From: Candidatus Limnocylindrales bacterium
GTDB taxonomy: Bacteria > Chloroflexota > Limnocylindria > Limnocylindrales > CSP1-4
DNA: 64,000 bases
Direction: 5' to 3'
Assembly: GCA_038915815.1 (NCBI GenBank)
Contig: JBCLCL010000006.1
Coordinates: 279 to 64,278, forward strand
Both the position numbers and the translations under genes were made by a program. A model generated the notes under the pieces. That model saw only the letters and a program-made list of their open reading frames with translations, did no database searches and was not told the DNA's origin. Below, piece after piece: positions 1-8,427 of the stretch (position 1 is the stretch's first letter; each line of letters begins with the position of its first letter).

Positions 1-75
1 CAACCAGGACCGGAGCTCGCCAACGGGGCCAGCGCCGTCGCAGCCGTCATCGACGAGCGGCGCTCGGGTCGATGA
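1..75 (+). CDS. 3' end of a probable type II antitoxin gene (partial, runs off the window start)
   Basis: The frame is open from base 1 (...AVIDERRSGR*). Its TGA (73-75) overlaps the ATG (72-74) of the downstream PIN toxin gene, which is the usual antitoxin-toxin coupling. The fragment is too short to assign a family. Confidence 0.4.
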   Translation, partial: QPGPELANGASAVAAVIDERRSGR

Positions 76-506
76 GGTTCTGGGACACTTCAGCAGTTGT
101 CCCGCTGCTCGTGTCCGAACCATCGAGTGCGGCCGTCCGGCTGGCATTCGCTCGCGACCCTGAGGTTGTCGCCTGGTGGGCGACCGAGTTGGAATGCGTT
201 TCAGCCCTCACCCGACTCGAACGAGAAGGCGCACTGACCGCGACCTCGATCGCCGATGCGCTCCATCGGCTCGATGAGCTCTCGATGGGTTGGCGCGAGG
301 TCCAGCCGATCGGCCGGATCCGGCAAATTGCATCACGGCTGCTCCGTGTGCATCCTCTGCGAGCCGGCGACGCACTCCAGCTGGGCGCGGCGATCGTCGC
401 CTCCGAGGACCAGCCCGCAACGCTTCCCTTCGTGACGCTGGACGACAGGCTCGCTACAGCGGCGGAACGCGAGGGCTTCGCGACGGTTCGGCCAGACCGC
501 CCGTAA
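72..506 (+). CDS. vapC: PIN-domain ribonuclease toxin (VapC family)
   Basis: 144-aa ORF. The N-terminal FWDTSAVVPLL contains the PIN acidic residue, and the C-terminal FVTLDDRLATAAEREGF is typical of VapC. It is coupled to an upstream short ORF. Confidence 0.85.
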   Translation: MRFWDTSAVVPLLVSEPSSAAVRLAFARDPEVVAWWATELECVSALTRLEREGALTATSIADALHRLDELSMGWREVQPIGRIRQIASRLLRVHPLRAGDALQLGAAIVASEDQPATLPFVTLDDRLATAAEREGFATVRPDRP

Positions 507-576
507 CAGGCTCGATGCCCGCGGCGTCACCCTGCTGACCATCAGCCGTAGGATCGTTGCCGTAGCGTCGGGGGGC

Positions 577-1992
577 GTGGAGCGTCGCATGGGCATGAAC
601 AGCCGAATCCGGAGCGTTTCGACGTCGCGCTCGCCCGGTGGCCTGAGCCGGCTCACGGTCGTGGTCGCCACGATGAGCCTGACCGTGGCCGCATGCAGCG
701 TAGCCGCCACGACGGTGACGCCGACGGAGCCGCTGCCGTCGGCGAGTGTCGCGCAGAGCCCTCGGCCCGAGACCCCTGCCTCTTCCCCGACGGCCGCCCC
801 GACATCGGAGCCGGTCTGGCAGCTGTCCTCGATCCCACCGATGTTCATCGGGTGTTGCTCGCACCCCGTCGCCGTGACACCAGGCGAGGCTGAGTTCGTG
901 GCGGTCGGCGACCGGACGTTCCGTGACAACGTGACACCGAGCGGTGGGACCGCGGGCGCCTGGCGGTCGGCCGATGGCCTGACCTGGGAGCCGGCGACGG
1001 CCAGCGCGGATCTCGCCGTCGGTGACTGGCTCCCGATCAGCGGGCCCGGTGTCGGCGCCGGGCTCGTCGACGTCGCCTGGGGACCGGCCGGGTTCGTGGC
1101 CGTCGGCTACGCGTTCGATCCGCTCGAGTCGACGACGGTGATCGGCGGCGTCTGGCAGTCGAAGGACGGCCGCGACTGGACCCGGTCCGAGCTGCCGATG
1201 CAGACCCTCGCCCGGCCGACGTCGGTGACCTGGAACGGGTCGCGCTACGTCATCGTCGGGGTCGTCGAGGCGAAGGACGCCCCGCGTGCTGCCGTGTGGC
1301 TGTCGTCGGACGGTCGGTCGTGGCGTCGCGTGACGGACGGGGCCGCGTTCCATATCGGCCACTACATCGAAACCGGCGAGTACCACGGCTGGGGCGGCCC
1401 GACCGACGTGACGAGCGGTGTCGACGGGATTGTCTACGCGGTCGGCCATACGTGCTCGGGGACGGCCGGTGCGTACGGCCCAACGACAGCTGACGTCGTA
1501 CGAGGCGACACAGGCGTCACGTGTCGGCCGCTGGTGTGGCGATCGGCAGACGGAGAAACCTGGACCCGGACCGCACCCGACGATGCGGCGACCGCGAGTT
1601 CGTTCAGGTCACTGGCCGCGTCGAGCGGCAGGGTGGTGGCCGTCGGCGGTTCGCAGCAGGACGTCAACGAGCCAGCCCGCGTCCTCATCGGCAGCGAGGC
1701 GGGCTGGCAGGTCATCGAGCCGGCCGGCGTGCCGCGCCTGCAGCGCGTCGTCGTCTTCGACCAGGGGTTCCTGGCGGCAGCGACGGCCGGCGGGAAGATC
1801 TCGCTCTGGGCATCGCCCGATGGCCTGGAGTGGGCAGCGGTATCCGGCGTGCCCCAACCCGCAGATGTGACCGCTCTGCGCGTCATTGACCTCGCCGTCG
1901 CCGGGGACCACGTGGTCCTCGTCGGATCGGCCGAGTTCAGCTCGGCGATCGGCGTCGGCGGCTTCGCCATCGTGTGGTCACCTCGTGGTTAG
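577..1992 (+). CDS. Secreted lipoprotein with Asp-box (BNR-like) beta-propeller repeats
   Basis: Has a signal peptide with the lipobox-like LTVAAC. Five W-x-S-x-D-G-x-x-W repeats are present (WRSADGLTW, WQSKDGRDW, WLSSDGRSW, WRSADGETW, WASPDGLEW). The start could instead be ATG 589 or 595. Confidence 0.7.
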   Translation: MERRMGMNSRIRSVSTSRSPGGLSRLTVVVATMSLTVAACSVAATTVTPTEPLPSASVAQSPRPETPASSPTAAPTSEPVWQLSSIPPMFIGCCSHPVAVTPGEAEFVAVGDRTFRDNVTPSGGTAGAWRSADGLTWEPATASADLAVGDWLPISGPGVGAGLVDVAWGPAGFVAVGYAFDPLESTTVIGGVWQSKDGRDWTRSELPMQTLARPTSVTWNGSRYVIVGVVEAKDAPRAAVWLSSDGRSWRRVTDGAAFHIGHYIETGEYHGWGGPTDVTSGVDGIVYAVGHTCSGTAGAYGPTTADVVRGDTGVTCRPLVWRSADGETWTRTAPDDAATASSFRSLAASSGRVVAVGGSQQDVNEPARVLIGSEAGWQVIEPAGVPRLQRVVVFDQGFLAAATAGGKISLWASPDGLEWAAVSGVPQPADVTALRVIDLAVAGDHVVLVGSAEFSSAIGVGGFAIVWSPRG

Positions 1993-3070
1993 GGTCGCGG
2001 TCGCCAGTCTCTGGGCGGCGATCCTGCTCGGTGGCTACGGGGCAGCTCAGCCGCCCGCCTCATCGTTGACGACACCCGCACCCGCAGGGTCCGTCGAGGT
2101 GTCGCCGAGTTCCGCGGCGACGTCCCTCTCATCGGCGTTGCCAGGCCTGCTCCCGGCGACCATGCGCCTACCAGACGGATCGGTGATCGCCTTCACTGAG
2201 GGTCTGGGCGAGCAGCGATCGATCCATCGGATCGATGGCGACGGGACCCACGAGATGACCCTGGCCGAGGGCGCGACACCGGCGTGGTCGCCGGACGGTG
2301 GGACCATCGCCTTCACCTGCCCGGCTCAGCCGCCGATCGCCGACCCGACCCAGGGCCGCGACGTCTGCGTCATGGCGGCCGACGGCAGCGCCGGCCGGCG
2401 GCTGGTCGAGGACGGTTTCTCACCCCACTGGGCGCCGTCGGGACGACGGCTTACGTTCGGGCGAGGGGTCATCGACACCGGTGATGCCTGGATCGTCGAT
2501 GCCGACGGCTCGCGCCCGGTCATGCTCATGGCGGGGACATCACCCATCTGGTCGCCCGACGGTCAGTGGCTGCACCTCCAGCCCGACTCAGGCGCCTTCG
2601 AAATCGCCGTGCTGCGGCCCGACGGCAGCGGCTTCCGGAGGCTGGCAGGCGGCTCCGACGGGGCCTGGAGTCCGGATAGCCGCCGGATCGCCGCGGTCGT
2701 CGCCGATGCGAGTGGCCGGGCTTCGCTCGGGATCATCGATGTCGCGACCGCCTCGGTCACGATGCTCGTCCACGCCCATTCATCGCTGCGCGCGCCGCTG
2801 TGGCTATCCGACGACCGGGTCGTGTTCGTCATGGACGGCGACCTCTACCGGCTCGACCTGGACGCCGGGCGCGTCACTCCGCTCACCGCTGGGCTGGGCC
2901 TCGGGGAACGCGCCGGCCGACTCAACGCGTCGCCCGACGGTCAGTGGCTCGCGTTCGCTGCCACCAGCGGGGATGCCCCAGCAGGCGACATCTTCGTCGC
3001 CTCGGTCGATGGCGGTTGGATCCGCCTTACTGCAACCGGGGCGTCATCTGAGCCGGTCTGGCGGCCGTGA
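1985..3070 (+). CDS. TolB-like PD40/WD40-type beta-propeller repeat protein, secreted
   Basis: Repeated WSPDG motifs (WSPDGGTIAF, WAPSGRRLTF, WSPDGQWLHL, WSPDSRRIAA, ASPDGQWLAF). The ORF opens at 1886, but GTG 1985 gives a hydrophobic signal (VVRVAVASLWAAILLGG) and only a small overlap with the upstream gene. Confidence 0.7.
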   Translation: MVRVAVASLWAAILLGGYGAAQPPASSLTTPAPAGSVEVSPSSAATSLSSALPGLLPATMRLPDGSVIAFTEGLGEQRSIHRIDGDGTHEMTLAEGATPAWSPDGGTIAFTCPAQPPIADPTQGRDVCVMAADGSAGRRLVEDGFSPHWAPSGRRLTFGRGVIDTGDAWIVDADGSRPVMLMAGTSPIWSPDGQWLHLQPDSGAFEIAVLRPDGSGFRRLAGGSDGAWSPDSRRIAAVVADASGRASLGIIDVATASVTMLVHAHSSLRAPLWLSDDRVVFVMDGDLYRLDLDAGRVTPLTAGLGLGERAGRLNASPDGQWLAFAATSGDAPAGDIFVASVDGGWIRLTATGASSEPVWRP

Positions 3071-3088
3071 GCGGCGAGGGCTGACGCG

Positions 3089-3457
3089 ATGTACTTCCCC
3101 GTCTCGGGCTGGTTTGCGGCGTTCGTGCTCACGCTGGCGGTCGAGGCTCCGATCGTGGCGTTCCTCCTCCGCCGAGCGGACCCCGACCTCCTCCGCCTCG
3201 GCACTCTCATCGTCTTCGCCAACCTCGCGACCCATCCGGTAGTCTGGTACGTGATCACCCAGTTGCTCCTCGTCGGGACCCTGGGCTACGCCCTCGTCGC
3301 CGAGGCATGGGCGATCGCCGCCGAGGCGGCCTTCTACGGGACCGTGATCAAGGGCCTCACGGTGCGTCGGGCGATCGCCGTCGCGTTCGCCGCGAACGCG
3401 ACCTCGTGGCTCACAGGTCGGCTGATCGCCGGGCTCTGGCCGGAGCTGTTCAGGTGA
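3089..3457 (+). CDS. Small integral membrane protein (about 4 TM), function unknown
   Basis: 122-aa ORF with high third-position G+C and four hydrophobic segments. It sits between two lipoprotein genes on the same strand. Confidence 0.5.
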   Translation: MYFPVSGWFAAFVLTLAVEAPIVAFLLRRADPDLLRLGTLIVFANLATHPVVWYVITQLLLVGTLGYALVAEAWAIAAEAAFYGTVIKGLTVRRAIAVAFAANATSWLTGRLIAGLWPELFR

Positions 3458-3531
3458 CGGCGCACCGCGCCTCCCGGGGGACCGGAGGCGCGTTCACGGG
3501 TCCGCACGGGACCCGGGGAAGGAGCCCTCGC

Positions 3532-5136
3532 ATGCGTACGCTGCGACCATCTCGGGTAGTCCGATCAGATCGGCCGCGCTCCTTGGCGGCGCTCGTGGCG
3601 GCCCTCGCGCTCGTGGCCGGCTGCCAGAGCTCGACGACCACGTCGGCGCCGACCGACCGTCGATCGCCGACGGCGTCCGCCTCGCTGCCGACGCAACCCT
3701 TGTCGACACAGCCCTTGCCGACGCAACCCTTGTTGACACAGCCCTTGCCGACGCAACCCTTGTCGACACAGCCCTTGCCGACACCGTTCGCGACGCGGAG
3801 CGATGTTGGAGGGCCGTGGCAGGCAGCGGGGACGATGGCCATAGGCCGCGCCGGCACGCACGCCGTCCTCCTCGGTGACGGTCGCGTCCTGATCGTCGGA
3901 GGCCCCGCCGTCTGGGGTCTGGAGGATGTCAGCGACGACAGCGCCATGGCGGAGCTGTGGGATCCTGCGACCGGCGCGTGGCACACGACAGAGAGCCTCA
4001 ACAAACCGCGCGGCGACTTTGTCGTCGTGCCGCTTGCGGACGGTCGCGTGCTGGTCACCGGCGGCGTCAACCAGACCCGGCAGTCGTACTCGAGCACGTA
4101 CGTCTACGACCCACGACCCGGCCACGAGACCTGGTCGAAGGCCGGCCTCCTGGGTACGGCCAGGACGGCCCCCGCCGCCGCGGCCCTGCCCGACGGTCGC
4201 GTGCTGGTCGCCGGAGGCTACTACCACGTCGAACCGACCTTCGGTCGCGACGCTGCACCCAAGGCCGTGCTCGCGGCGTACCGTCCTGCCTCGCTACCGG
4301 AAACCGGATCGTCCGGGTCTCGGCTCGCGGATGTGGGTCCGCCGAACGTCGGCTCCGCTCTGGCGACGGCGGAGGTCTTCGACCCAGCCACCGGCAGTTG
4401 GTCGGCGACCGGCCCCCTCACCTTCGCGCGGTTCGGAGCGGCCGCGGTCACGCTTGCCGACGGTCGGATCCTGGTCGTCGGGAGCCTCGGCTCGGATCAG
4501 GGTGTGACGGTCGATGATCGTGCGTACGACAGCGCCGAGATCTACGACCCGGAGACGGGACGGTTCAGCCTCGCCGGGCGGCTGCCGGACATCGACCGGT
4601 CGGCGCTCGAAAAGCAGGGCGTCCCGGGTTCCAACCCAGTTCCCGGCGGCGACCCGCAACCGGCTGACAACGGCACGCTCGTTGCGCTGAACGATGGCGG
4701 TGCCGTTCTCGTCGGTCACGCGGGATACTGGAAGCATGCCGGCGACATCACGCGGTCGTTCCGATTTGACGCCCGGGCGGGAAGTTGGACCGAGATCGGC
4801 CAGACCTACATCTTCGTCGGGGAGCCGGGGCGCGTGCCGTTGGTGACGCCGGGAGTTCGTCGCCCGACCGGTGCCTTGGTGGCCCGGCTGCCCGACGGGC
4901 GGGTCCTCGTTGCTGGGGGCGTCGAGGCGTACGTCGATTACCCCGACCCGTTCCCCACGGCCGCGGCCGAGCTGTATGACCCGGCGACGGACACGTGGTC
5001 GCCGCTTCCACCGATGCCCGAAGCCCGCGCCGGGGGCGCGGCCGTCGTCCTGACGGATGGGTCGGTCCTCCTCGTCGGCGGCTACAACGACTCGATCGTC
5101 CTGACGTCCGCGATCCGATTCGTTCCCTCGCCATGA
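3532..5136 (+). CDS. Kelch-repeat beta-propeller lipoprotein with a PTQPL-repeat linker
   Basis: ATG 3532 is preceded by GGAAGGAG. Has the lipoprotein signal LALVAGC, a (L/S)PTQPL x6 linker, and six DGR(V/I)L(V/I)xGG Kelch-type blades. Confidence 0.75.
   Translation: MRTLRPSRVVRSDRPRSLAALVAALALVAGCQSSTTTSAPTDRRSPTASASLPTQPLSTQPLPTQPLLTQPLPTQPLSTQPLPTPFATRSDVGGPWQAAGTMAIGRAGTHAVLLGDGRVLIVGGPAVWGLEDVSDDSAMAELWDPATGAWHTTESLNKPRGDFVVVPLADGRVLVTGGVNQTRQSYSSTYVYDPRPGHETWSKAGLLGTARTAPAAAALPDGRVLVAGGYYHVEPTFGRDAAPKAVLAAYRPASLPETGSSGSRLADVGPPNVGSALATAEVFDPATGSWSATGPLTFARFGAAAVTLADGRILVVGSLGSDQGVTVDDRAYDSAEIYDPETGRFSLAGRLPDIDRSALEKQGVPGSNPVPGGDPQPADNGTLVALNDGGAVLVGHAGYWKHAGDITRSFRFDARAGSWTEIGQTYIFVGEPGRVPLVTPGVRRPTGALVARLPDGRVLVAGGVEAYVDYPDPFPTAAAELYDPATDTWSPLPPMPEARAGGAAVVLTDGSVLLVGGYNDSIVLTSAIRFVPSP
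3688..3784. repeat. Tandem repeat: a 30-bp unit x3.2 (15-bp PTQPL sub-unit) inside the Kelch lipoprotein gene
   Basis: The unit ccgacgcaacccttgtcgacacagcccttg is repeated at 3688, 3718 (one C>T change) and 3748, followed by a partial fourth copy. Confidence 0.95.
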
Positions 5137-5232
5137 AGGGCATACGGCCCGCGATCGGCGAGGACGCCGTTCGTCTATCGGGCATTCGTCCCCGACCGGA
5201 TCGCCGCCGTCCGTCCGGCCCTCGCCGCAGAC

Positions 5233-6327
5233 GTGGTCGGCGAACTCGAAGCCGCTGCCGTGGAGGTGCGCCAACTCCAGACCGAGCCGGCCTTCAGCGG
5301 ACTCGAAGCCGCCAGTCGCCAGCTCCTGCGGGCGGAGGCGCTGGCATCGAGCCGGATCGAAGGCCTCGAAATCGGTCATCGTCGGATCGCTACCGCGCTC
5401 GCCGACGGCGCGGCTCCGGACGAGACCGCGAAGAGCGTCATCGCCAACATCCGGGCGATGGAGCGGGCCATCGAAATCGCGTCGGAGCTTCGGGTCATCA
5501 CCGTTGATGACCTCTTGGCGATCCACGACGCGCTTCTCGTCCTGCCCCGCGAGCGGCCATATGCCGGACGGATCCGTGAGGAGCAGAACTGGATTGGGAC
5601 GAGCTCGATCTCGCCACGGAATGCCGAGTTTGTCCCGCCGCCGGAGACGCTCGTCCCCGAGCTGCTGGAGGATCTCGTCGCATTCGTGAATCGGGACGAC
5701 CTCTCTCCGATCGTCCAGGCAGCGATCGCCCATGCCCAGTTCGAAACGATCCATCCGTTCGTGGACGGGAACGGCCGCGTCGGGCGCGCCCTGATCCATG
5801 TTGTCCTGCGGCGGGAGAATGTCGCACCCCGAGTCGTTCCGCCGATCTCGGTGATCCTCGCGACCAACCAGTCGCGTTACGTCGAGGCGCTGACGAACTT
5901 CCGGACTGGCGACCACGAGGGATGGATCGGGTTCTTCGCCCGGGCGCTCCGCGACGCAGCGACCGCCTCGCGCAGTCTCGGGGAACGGATCGCGGCGCTG
6001 GAGGGGGAGTGGCGGGCCGCCGCGGGGCCTCGCTCTGGATCGGCAGCCGAGGCGCTGATCCGTCGCCTTGCGGGCAGTCCCGTCGTGTCGGCGCGTCTGG
6101 TTCAACGCATGCTGGACGTCAGTTACCCGACGGCCAACAACGCGATCACGCAGCTGGAGCGCGCCGGGGTCCTCACGCCCGTGCGGGCCGCCTGGCGACG
6201 CAACCGACTGTGGGAGGCTCCGGGCGTGTTGGAACTCCTCGACGCCTTCGACGCGGCCCGAGCGACGCCCCCCCGCCACGACCAAGGACGGCGGCCAGCG
6301 CCGCGAACGCCCGAGTCCGGCGCGTAG
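5233..6327 (+). CDS. Fic/DOC family protein (probable AMPylase) with an N-terminal inhibitory SxxxEG motif; the 5' end appears truncated
   Basis: Has the canonical Fic motif HPFVDGNGRVGRAL and the inhibitory-helix motif SSRIEG upstream of it. The frame stays open back to 5137 (...YRAFVPDRI..., similar to the Fic_N domain) but has no in-frame ATG, GTG or TTG before GTG 5233. Confidence 0.8.
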   Translation: MVGELEAAAVEVRQLQTEPAFSGLEAASRQLLRAEALASSRIEGLEIGHRRIATALADGAAPDETAKSVIANIRAMERAIEIASELRVITVDDLLAIHDALLVLPRERPYAGRIREEQNWIGTSSISPRNAEFVPPPETLVPELLEDLVAFVNRDDLSPIVQAAIAHAQFETIHPFVDGNGRVGRALIHVVLRRENVAPRVVPPISVILATNQSRYVEALTNFRTGDHEGWIGFFARALRDAATASRSLGERIAALEGEWRAAAGPRSGSAAEALIRRLAGSPVVSARLVQRMLDVSYPTANNAITQLERAGVLTPVRAAWRRNRLWEAPGVLELLDAFDAARATPPRHDQGRRPAPRTPESGA

Positions 6328-6391
6328 CCGGAAGTCATCGTCTCCGCAGCCCGTACGACGCTGGTCTGACAGTCAACGTTACACGGGAGCC

Positions 6392-6469
6392 GTGACGCTT
6401 GACGATCGACTCGCCCAGGCGGCCGAGCGTGAGGGCTTCGCGGCCGTCCGGCCAGATCGCACCGCCTGA
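6392..6469 (+). pseudogene. Remnant of the C-terminus of a VapC/PIN toxin gene
   Basis: Encodes VTLDDRLAQAAEREGFAAVRPDRTA*. This is nearly collinear with the C-terminus of the intact VapC at 428-506 (VTLDDRLATAAEREGFATVRPDRP*). No PIN N-terminal region lies upstream. Confidence 0.7.
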
Positions 6470-6481
6470 ATCCACCGCTCG

Positions 6482-6871
6482 TCAGAGTGTTGTGAGCGAG
6501 ATGTCCAGCAGGGCGGCCGCCTCGGCCAGGCGGTGGTCATACGTGGCGAGCATCGGGCGTTGCCCGAGTCCACGCAGGAACTCGATCGACGCGAGGTGGA
6601 GGGCGTCGAGCGTCCGAACCGGGGTTGGGAACGGCTCGAGTGCGCGCGCGAGCACAGGGGGCGCGAGTTCGAGGAAGGCGAGGCGGCCGAGAAGGAGGCG
6701 AACGTCGTCCGCGTGGCTCGCGCCCAGCCCTCGACCATTGATCCGGTTCCAGACCTCGTATTCGAGCAGGCGGCTCGAGACGAACGGACCGTCCTGCCAG
6801 AAAGCTGCGTCCGGATATCGATCCTCGGCGAGCAGCTGAGCGAGGACGACCGAGCTGTCGACGTAGATCAC
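6482..6871 (-). CDS. vapC: PIN-domain toxin (VapC family)
   Basis: GTG start at 6871 gives VIYVDSSVVLAQLL... (PIN N-terminal Asp). Also contains ...TLDALHLASI...ATYDHRLAEAA. It has a 4-nt GTGA overlap with the upstream antitoxin gene. Confidence 0.85.
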   Translation of the reverse strand: MIYVDSSVVLAQLLAEDRYPDAAFWQDGPFVSSRLLEYEVWNRINGRGLGASHADDVRLLLGRLAFLELAPPVLARALEPFPTPVRTLDALHLASIEFLRGLGQRPMLATYDHRLAEAAALLDISLTTL

Positions 6872-7158
6872 GGATCCGCGCGGTCGCGCGCGAGCTCGGT
6901 GAGGAGGCGGTCGAGCGGCGCGACTGGTCGCCGCGGGACGGAACCATCCGCCGCACCGATGGCGGGCGTCAGCCATCCATTCCGAACAGCCTCGACCAGC
7001 ATCGCGTCCTGGACCGTTGTTGCCCGACCCTCCCGGGGAGGGATCAGCTCGGCGACCACACGTTCACGGTCGGTGACCAGTACGGTCTCGCCGGACGCCG
7101 CGAGTCGAACGTACTCGCTCAGCCTGTTTTTCAGGACCTTCAGTCCGACGGCTCGCAT
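6868..7158 (-). CDS. Phd/YefM-type antitoxin
   Basis: 96 aa. MRAVGLKVLKNRLSEYVRLAASGETVLVTDRERVVAELIPP is the typical Phd/YefM N-terminal fold signature. Its stop overlaps the vapC start. Confidence 0.8.
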   Translation of the reverse strand: MRAVGLKVLKNRLSEYVRLAASGETVLVTDRERVVAELIPPREGRATTVQDAMLVEAVRNGWLTPAIGAADGSVPRRPVAPLDRLLTELARDRADP

Positions 7159-7164
7159 CGACAA

Positions 7165-7193
7165 AAGGTAGCTTCTGGAAGCTACCTCGTCAA
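7165..7193 (-). promoter_or_regulatory. Promoter (TTGACG-N17-TACCTT) with an embedded 9+2+9 perfect palindrome operator for the Phd-VapC operon; probably leaderless
   Basis: On the minus strand, TTGACG is at 7193-7188 and TACCTT at 7170-7165. The ATG lies 6 nt after the -10 element. The palindrome GGTAGCTTC-tg-GAAGCTACC spans 7167-7186, between the -35 and -10 elements. Confidence 0.55.
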
Positions 7194-7299
7194 TGGAGTG
7201 GCTGGCTGGCGGTTCCCAGTGCGATGGCAGCGGCGAGAAGAACTCGCCTGCCTCCTCCTCGGGAACCTGCCAGCCGCCTTTGCCGGGTACCCTTGGGCC

Positions 7300-8427
7300 G
7301 TGCGAATCGTCAGCGTCGTCGGCACCCGCCCGCAACTGATCAAGGCGGCCGCGCTGTCGCCGGTGCTGCGGGCGCGCCACGAGGAGATCTTCGTGGACAC
7401 GGGCCAGCACTACGACGACGCGCTGGCCGGCAGCTTCTTCCGGGAGCTTGGGTTGGCCGCGCCCGACCACGCCCTCGAGGTGGGCGGCGGGACCCACGCC
7501 GAGCAGACGGCGGCGATACTTGTCGGCCTCGAACCGATCCTGATCGACCGCAACCCGGACGCCGTTCTCGTCTATGGCGACACGAACTCCACGCTGGCCG
7601 GGGCGCTCGTCGCGGCGAAACTCGGCATCGCGGTCGCCCACGTCGAGGCCGGCCTGCGCAGCTTCGATCGGCGGATGCCGGAGGAGATCAACCGGATCGT
7701 CGCCGACCACCTGTCGCGCTGGCTCTTCGCACCGACGCCGACAGCGGTCGAAAACCTCCGGGCCGAGGGCATCGAGGATGGCGTCGTCCTCGTCGGCGAC
7801 CTGATGCAGGACCTGGCGGCGCGGGTCGGCCGGGAGGTCGTCGCGGAGGCGGCGTTGCGCGAGGTTAGCGCCGGTCTCTCCGGGACGACGCCGGGACTCG
7901 ATCTCCAGCCAGGCGGTTACCTCTTTGCCACGGTCCATCGGGCCGAAAACCGCGAGCCGGCCGCCCTCCGGGCATGGGCCGCGCTGCTGGGGCGGGTTGC
8001 GAGCCCGGAGCGGCCGGTGATCCTGGCGATCCACCCCGGCACCCGCCTCGCCCTCGAGCGATCGGGGATCGCCCTCGCGCCGGCCGTCCGGCTCGTCCAC
8101 CCGCAGGGCTACCGGACCTCGCTGACGCTCCAGATGCACGCGGCGGCCGTCCTGACCGACTCCGGCGGCGTCCAGCGCGAGGCGGCCTGGCTGCGCGTGC
8201 CTTGCCTGATCCTGCGCGGCACCACCGAATGGGTGGAAGCCGTCGCCGAATCGGGCGGCCGGATGGTCGTCGTCGGGCTCGATGCCGAGAAGGCGCTCGA
8301 GGCGCTGGTCAGGCTCGCGCCGCCGGATCGAGCGCCCGCGATCGCTCGAGAGCGCGCCGCAGCGTTCGATCTCGCGCCCGCTGGCGCCGCCGACGCGATC
8401 GTGGCCGCTCTGGAAGGGGCAGCGTGA
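7300..8427 (+). CDS. wecB: UDP-N-acetylglucosamine 2-epimerase (non-hydrolysing)
   Basis: Family hallmarks are present: IVSVVGTRPQLIKAAAL, DTGQHYD, VYGDTNSTLAGAL, HVEAGLRSFDRRMPEEINR. The GTG 7300 start is preferred over the ORF-track start at 7198. Confidence 0.9.
   Translation: MRIVSVVGTRPQLIKAAALSPVLRARHEEIFVDTGQHYDDALAGSFFRELGLAAPDHALEVGGGTHAEQTAAILVGLEPILIDRNPDAVLVYGDTNSTLAGALVAAKLGIAVAHVEAGLRSFDRRMPEEINRIVADHLSRWLFAPTPTAVENLRAEGIEDGVVLVGDLMQDLAARVGREVVAEAALREVSAGLSGTTPGLDLQPGGYLFATVHRAENREPAALRAWAALLGRVASPERPVILAIHPGTRLALERSGIALAPAVRLVHPQGYRTSLTLQMHAAAVLTDSGGVQREAAWLRVPCLILRGTTEWVEAVAESGGRMVVVGLDAEKALEALVRLAPPDRAPAIARERAAAFDLAPAGAADAIVAALEGAA

Noticed and set aside
4294-6285. 663-aa minus-strand ORF across the Kelch and Fic genes
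   Set aside because: It is antisense to two motif-rich genes, has a low-complexity Arg/Pro/Gly composition, and has no recognisable domain.
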